The notes beneath the pieces are model-generated. The model had not been told where the DNA came from and searched no databases. It saw only the letters and a program-made list of their open reading frames with translations. A program made the translations under genes and the position numbers. From Felis catus (Eukaryota): a stretch of DNA of 64,000 bases. Positions within the stretch are counted from its first letter, which is position 1. Each line of letters begins with the position of its first letter. The stretch lies in contig NC_058368.1 in assembly GCF_018350175.1 (NCBI RefSeq), forward strand, positions 158,474,001 to 158,538,000. Reading direction: 5' to 3'. Below are positions 57,809 to 64,000 of this stretch, one piece after another.

Positions 57809-58776
57809 GTATGTAGCCCTCTTAAATAGTTCTACTTCTTTGCTCTGTGAAGACTTCTTTAATGTGGATTCCTTTGCCCATACCAGATATGTTAACTGGA
57901 ATTTTTTTTTTTAATTTAGGAGGTTATGTGCAAAATAGAATGGTGATTTGGAAGCATCTACTATTTCTTTTTTAGTCAAAGCCTTGAGCACCTATCATGC
58001 TCATACATGTCATATATTATGTTAGGAGTGGGATATGCTGATGGAAGGAAATTGATAAAGATTTTTATCAGTTACATTCTCTATCACCACAACTTAAGTT
58101 ATTTTGAGCTTTTCGTATCTTAGATGAATGTAGTTTTCAGTCACCTTACAACATCTCAGTGGGAATCAAAGAAGAAAAGAAGAGTATGGATAATTCTTTA
58201 AGATCTATTTTCCTAATGTGCAGAACTTTTAGGAGGCGCTTATTGAGATGGAGAAAGAGGGCAGGAAGAACTGTTGTATGCTTATATATATCATTTTTAG
58301 TGTCCTTAATATTTGCTGTTCATTAAAAAAAGTCACTATTTTGGATTTCTGATGGAATTTTAAAAAATCTAGGACAGACTTAATTTAGTTTTAAAAAAAG
58401 TGACTTAAAAGTATTCTCGCTATTTATGTATTTTACACTTTAATCTTAGTATTCATAGAATGTTTCTGGAATTTGAGTTTCTGGAAGGATGCAGTGCGCA
58501 CTGTATACAGGTTATTCATAAGTAGCAATAATACCATTTCTCTGGTGTACACAAAGTCCTTAATAGATGTGCTTAATTTTGCTGGCGCATTCCCTCATAT
58601 TACTTTGTATACCAGTTTGTGAATTACTGATGCTGGCCATTTGGCAAATGTATGTTTATGTATTGAGAAAAATAGAAATGAATATTTTAAATCTAAAGGA
58701 ACTTGTTTGATCCTTCTTACATGGAGAAAGAAAAAACAAGATCTGTACAGCTATTCAGATAAATAATTTTTTTCTT

Positions 58777-58995
58777 GGGGTGCCTGGGTGGCTCAGTCGG
58801 TTAAGTGACCGACTTCAGCTCCGGTCATGATCTCACAGTTCGTGAGTTTGAGCCCTGCATCGGGCTCTGTGCTGACAGCTCAGAGCCTGGAGCCTGCTTC
58901 GGATTCTGTGTCTCCCTCTCTCTCTGACCCTCCCCTGTTCATGCTCTCTCTCTGTGTCTAAAAAACAAAAATAAACATTAAAAACAAATTTTAAA
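58777..58995 (+). mobile_element. Can-SINE
   Basis: Near-consensus; TSD approximately aaataat(a)tttttttct. Confidence 0.94.
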
Positions 58996-59409
58996 AAATA
59001 ATATTTTTTTTCTCTTTGCCTTTACTTAAAAAATGGCATGCTGGCTCTTGCATGAGATCTGACGTTAAAAGCAAATTTGTAATTATACTGGCAGCCCATG
59101 GCTTCTTGGCTTTACTTCTCCTTTTATAATCTTCATCAGCTCTAAGAATTAGAGGATATACATAAAAACAATGCAAACACACCTTTAAGACAAATCCAGT
59201 AGTCACCTCTTTGAATCATTATTGCTCTTGGAGTCCCTTGAGTCTACTACTATATAATGGAAGGAATAAATGTATGGCAAAGAAAGCTGATTTTGGGTAT
59301 GGTCACTTGTTGACTCTTGCCATGGGCTAGATTGAGTTGTGGAAAATTCTAGAAAAATAGAGAAGACAATCCCTTAAAAATAAAAAATAGAATGCTTTTA
59401 ACAAGTGTT

Positions 59410-59624
59410 TTTAAAATGTTTATGTATTTATTTTTGAGACAGAGGAGAGAGAGAGAAAGTGTGAGCTGGGGAGGGGCAGAGAGAGGGAGAGATAGAATCC
59501 CAAGCATGTCCCACACTGTTATTGTAGAGCCCGACATGGGACTCTGTCTCACAAACCATGAGATCATGACCAGAGCTGAAATCAAGAGTTGGATACTTAA
59601 CTGATGGAGCCACCCAGGTGCCCC
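59410..59624 (-). mobile_element. Can-SINE
   Basis: TSD agtgtttttaaa. Confidence 0.92.
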
Positions 59625-61400
59625 AGCCAGTGTTTTTAAATCTATTAAAACAAATTAGTTTGTAAAACTGCTGTTACAGAAAGTATATACTTTCTGTTAA
59701 CCTGACTGCTTCAGCCAAATGAGTGCCCCACATAATTATATATCTTCATGGAAGATAAATTTGAGAAGATTATGCCTTTCAAGATGTCTGAAAACTTTAA
59801 TTCAAAACAATTTTTTGCCTTTCTCCAAATTTTGCATAGTTTTGCATAGTTCTGTTGGAGAAATTTTTTGTACCCCCTCCACCAAGTATAACAAGAATAA
59901 TTAGATAAGTAGATAAAAGAATTAGGGATATATTCCTTATTGATAGGGAAATCAGAGTATATGTAAATATCAACCATGTATTTGTGATAAGGGAACTTTA
60001 CCTACGTTATTTAAGAGGGGAAATGGCCAGTGACCTTGGAGTTTAGTCTAGAAGTTGTTGATGATATACCTAAGATTCTAGATAATAAACTGATGCTGAA
60101 AGAACTAGTAAACAATTTAGGATAGGGATGTGTTTTATTTCTTTGTCCTTCAGTCTCAAAGCCTTTTTTTAAACACTTCAAGCATCTTCTTAACTGGCTT
60201 CTAATCTTGTCACTGCTTTCCCCTCCTCTTGCCACCATCTTCCACACTGCTGCTAGACTCATACTTCTAGAGTACAGATCTAACCATATTGGTCTTTGGT
60301 TTGAGAGCCTTCACACTTCCTCTTTTCTGATAAGATTTAGTTCAAGATTCTTCCAGCTCTGGCCCTTGTTTTATCTCATAGCCCTCACCTGCTACAATAA
60401 GCTTCATGTGCACTTTCCTGAATTCCAGTGATAATAATGGCCCATATTTACTGAGAACTCAAGTGCTAGAAACTGAAGCATTTTATATGTTTAATCTTTT
60501 ATCCTGTCAAACCCATTAAGAGGTGGATATTAATATTTTATTCATTTTACAGATAAAACAGAGCATAAATAATATCTTATGGTTATCAGGTAGGAGGGGG
60601 GAACTCAAACTCAAACTCATTTTAACCCCATTCTTAACCCCACTATGATGTACTGCCTCCCTAGTTCACACTACCCATTGTTCATTTATTTACCTATTGT
60701 TATTCCCAGTGGTTAGAATTCTCTTATGTGAAGCCTGGCTAATTCATGATTGTCTTCAGCACTACTGGAGGTAGTGCTCAAACTGCAGCTAATATTTCTG
60801 AAAGCAAAGGAAGTCACTAATGAAAGAATAAGCTTCAAGGTATTCAGCATAGATAAGATAGATTATAAGTATCCTCAAGCAGCAGCCTTCTCAAAGAGAC
60901 TTATGTAAAATAGTTAATAGTGCATCTCTTTCAAAAATAACTTAAGATTGTCTTTGCCTCAGAACATTATGATCCAGTTTTTATCCAAAGTGATCGTCTA
61001 AATAGACTTTTTATATGAATGGTATAGATATCATTAAACTTTATCCCCTGGTCCCTTGTGGCCCTCTTTCACAATTTTCTATTAACTAGGTAAGAATTGG
61101 GGAATGGAGTGAAGAAATTGAATATTAGCAACATAGCATGTTTAAATTGTTTCATATATGTTGATTGCTATCTTTCATGTAGTTTACTCGATAGAAACAG
61201 TTATTTTGGCAAATTCTTATCAGGAAAACACAATATTGAGTGTGGATGAGGAGTTATGACTGTCTAGCATTTATAATAAACATCTATGTTGGCAATTGTG
61301 GCATACAAGTAGTTTTTATTTTGAATAGTCTTATTTGATTCTAACAAGACCCCTAGGTGTTTGGCAGAGGATCCTACTCAGTCCTAATTTAATAAATAAG

Positions 61401-61630
61401 GAGGGCGCGGGGTGGCTTAGTAGGTTAAGGGTCCAACTTCAGCTCAGGTCATCATGATCTTGTGGTCTGTGGGTTTGAGCCTTCCATCGGGCTCTGTACT
61501 GACAGCTCAGAGCCTTGAGCCTGCTTTGGATTCTGTGTCTCCCTCTCTCCCTCCCTCCCTCCCTCCCTCGCTCACACTCTGTCTCTGTCTCTCAGAAATA
61601 ACTAAATGTCAAAAAAAAATTTTTTTTTAA
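61401..61630 (+). mobile_element. Can-SINE within a MIR remnant
   Basis: SINE body with (CCCT)n; flanks resemble antisense MIR. Confidence 0.9.
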
Positions 61631-61961
61631 ATAAAAAAATTGAGGTGTGTATTACTGATTTGCCTGAACTCCTATGGCTGGTAAAGTGCAGGGTTTGGGT
61701 CTTCTTACTTCAAATCCCACACTCTTTTCTGTCTGTCTTTTAAAAGTGGAAACTAAGCCCTAAGCAAGCTAGGCCATCTTGTCCAGGGTGGTGGTTGTAT
61801 ATGTGCCATATTGACCAGTACCTGAAATACGCACAACAGGGCCATACTTGCCCTGATTATTCTATGGCCATGTTTGGATGATTTCCCCAATGCAGATCTG
61901 TTTTATTCCTCTGTTTAACTAGAAATCTGATTTTCTCCTCTTTTTTTATGCTTTTCTCTCA

Positions 61962-62177
61962 GTTTTTTAAAAAGTTTATTTATTTATTTTGAGAGAGAAA
62001 GAGAGCATGTGTAAGTGGGGTAGGGGCAGAGAGAGAGGGAGAGAGAGAGAATCCCAAGCAGATTCTGCACTTTCAGCGCAGAGCCAGATGCAGGACTCAA
62101 GTTCACTAACAGTGAGGTTATGACCTGAGCCTAAATCAAGAGTCAGACGCTTACCTGACTGAGCCACCCAGGCACCC
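61962..62177 (-). mobile_element. Can-SINE
   Basis: Reverse SINE ending gagccacccaggcaccc. Confidence 0.92.
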
Positions 62178-62739
62178 TCTCCCAACTTTTAATGTAAGAC
62201 TTCCATATGAGTTAAATTCTCAAATGTTGTTGCTGTTCTGTAGGAGAGGGAGGAAGTTTTTTTTATTCATTTCTGAAAAGCTTGAAGGAAACAAATATAC
62301 TACAGAGTAGCTAGTTTTTTTAGTCTTCATGAAAGTTTAAGTAGTAAGTTTAAGGTTTAATGTTGTGAAGCCAGGGTCTGTACGGGTGATTAATGGCAAT
62401 TAATGACCACCCTTCATAGTGATCATCCATCTGAAACCTTTTTAAGACCAGCTGTAGGCTACCTTTGTGGCTTCATCTCCAGCCATCTTGGACAGCCACC
62501 TCCTGTCCCTGAGTATCCATCACTGTCTTTCCTTGTGCTTTCCACTCTTTCTAGAGTATACTTTCTTTGCTTCTCTACCTTTTCGAATATTCTTCATTTT
62601 TTAAAATTCTCTTCAAAAGTTTGTCACCAGTTTCCATATAGTATCTCAACTGCCAGTCAGAATTTGTTTCCTATCCTTTATTTCCACTGCTTTGTTTTCA
62701 ATATTAATGACATGATTTGCAGCCTGCAGGTTTCTGTTC

Positions 62740-62872
62740 ATCATATAACCTAGGTCTCTCCCAGTTGATTGCAGATCCTTTGATGACTGGGATTATACCA
62801 TGTTTATTTTAGTATCACTAGTACTTGGCAGGATACCTTGAATAGTAGGTGCTCAATAACTATTGGATGAAT
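62740..62872 (+). mobile_element. L2 3' end abutting LNPEP exon 3 acceptor
   Basis: ..tagtaggtgctcaataactattggatgaat matches the L2 terminal motif tagtaggtgctcaataaatatttgttgaat. Confidence 0.7.
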
Positions 62873-62887
62873 TTGCATTTGTTTTAG

Positions 62888-63026
62888 GTACTTTGCAGCA
62901 ACTCAGTTTGAACCCCTGGCAGCAAGATCTGCTTTTCCTTGTTTTGATGAACCAGGATTTAAAGCCACATTTATCATCAGGATCATAAGGGATGAGCAAT
63001 ATACTGCTTTATCAAATATGCCTAAG
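62888..63026 (+). CDS. LNPEP: LNPEP exon 3 (139 nt)
   Basis: ttttag acceptor, gtactg donor; [46 protein letters not shown], the M1 aminopeptidase TQFEP/FPCFDEP motif; phase-compatible with exon 2. Confidence 0.97.
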
Positions 63027-63894
63027 GTACTGTTCTGTTCCTTAATGTAAAACCTTTGAGTGGGTCTCTTTCTTTGTTATAAATATTTGAATTCCTCTTT
63101 GTGATACTGTTGAGAATGAGTCAAATCATGTATATTCTTATCCTTTCTTAAAATGCTTAAATAGAAGTTAAAATATATGTTAGAATTAATAGAGAAGTCA
63201 GCTCAAGGAGCACTTGAAGAAAGAGTAAGGCCTGCTCGATATGCAATGTGTGGGCAGGAAATATGAAGTATGTGCTGTATATGAAAGGTATGCAAATACT
63301 AATACTATATGAACTAGTACTAAAAATCACAGTGATGTTTTCTGAGACTTGATGAATTTGCTGTTCTAAATAGTGGTGCATGATAATGTTGAATCATTGA
63401 CCTTGGTGTTTTATTGGTTATTGAAAAATCAGTATTCTAACGTGGAGGCTTAACAAGAACGTGAACCTCTTTCTTGGATGTAAATTCTGTGTGGGAGGCA
63501 ATGGGGACAAAACCAAGCAGAATTGTTTTTATGCTAGACAGAACTTAGGGTTTTTTTTTTTTTTTCATGACACCTGAGTGGCCATGTGGAATCTGATGGG
63601 AGCCTCTCAGAACCCATGTGGCTAGGGGAGAGGAGTAGCTACGTCTAACAGACTGTGGAGTCAACCTTTGTAGGCAGGCGAGGATGTGATCTGTCCTTCA
63701 ATAGGGACATCACTTCAGCAGTTCCAGTCCTAGCCCTACTCTTCACCTTAATCTTCCTCTAAAGGAGGTGAGATGCCTTAATTCATGGTCAGAAAATCTT
63801 GGAAGGCTTCTCTAATCTTGTGTCTACTACATACTGCATAGTGACTTACCACCTTTGATCCCACTAAGCCTTCTTGGGGTCATCACCATGGTAC

Positions 63895-64000
63895 TTTAAA
63901 TTTTTTTTTAATGTTTATTTTTGAGACAGAGACAGAGCATGAGTGGGGGAGGGGCAGAGAGAGAGGGGCAGAGGGAGACACAGAATCCGAAGCAGGCTCC
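63895..64000 (-). mobile_element. Can-SINE (cut by window end)
   Basis: T tail, GA repeat, gacacagaatccgaagcaggctcc. Confidence 0.9.

Noticed and set aside
56943..57914. 323-aa ORF as a single-exon gene
   Set aside because: It is LNPEP exon 2 read through the flanking intron; true boundaries are 56968-57808.
6509..62185. Many 60-100 aa ORFs of the MAQSVKRLTSAQVMIS.. type
   Set aside because: Translations of Can-SINE copies, not genes.

Overview
Mammalian genomic DNA from a felid (cat family): about 29 carnivore tRNA-derived Can-SINEs of feline type plus a feline-type L1 3' end. The window covers the ERAP2-LNPEP part of the M1 aminopeptidase cluster, both genes on the + strand. 2048-9535 holds five recognisable 3' exons of ERAP2 (matching human exons ~15-19). 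They carry an in-frame TGA, two frameshifts, a destroyed GT donor and a destroyed AG acceptor, so ERAP2 looks like a unitary pseudogene here. A CpG island (~21100-23150) is the LNPEP (IRAP/P-LAP) promoter. LNPEP coding exons 1 (22581-22599), 2 (56968-57808) and 3 (62888-63026) splice into an intact frame, with notable substitutions versus human (R8L, F154V, Y272C, A310G); the gene continues past the window. The rest is intronic/intergenic sequence with SINE, L1, L2, MIR, MaLR and hAT remnants, microsatellites, candidate enhancers, a twin-primed inverted L1 and a ~1 kb strand-skew-reversed block that may be an inversion. Human comparisons are from recalled sequences and were not aligned computationally; repeat boundaries are approximate.
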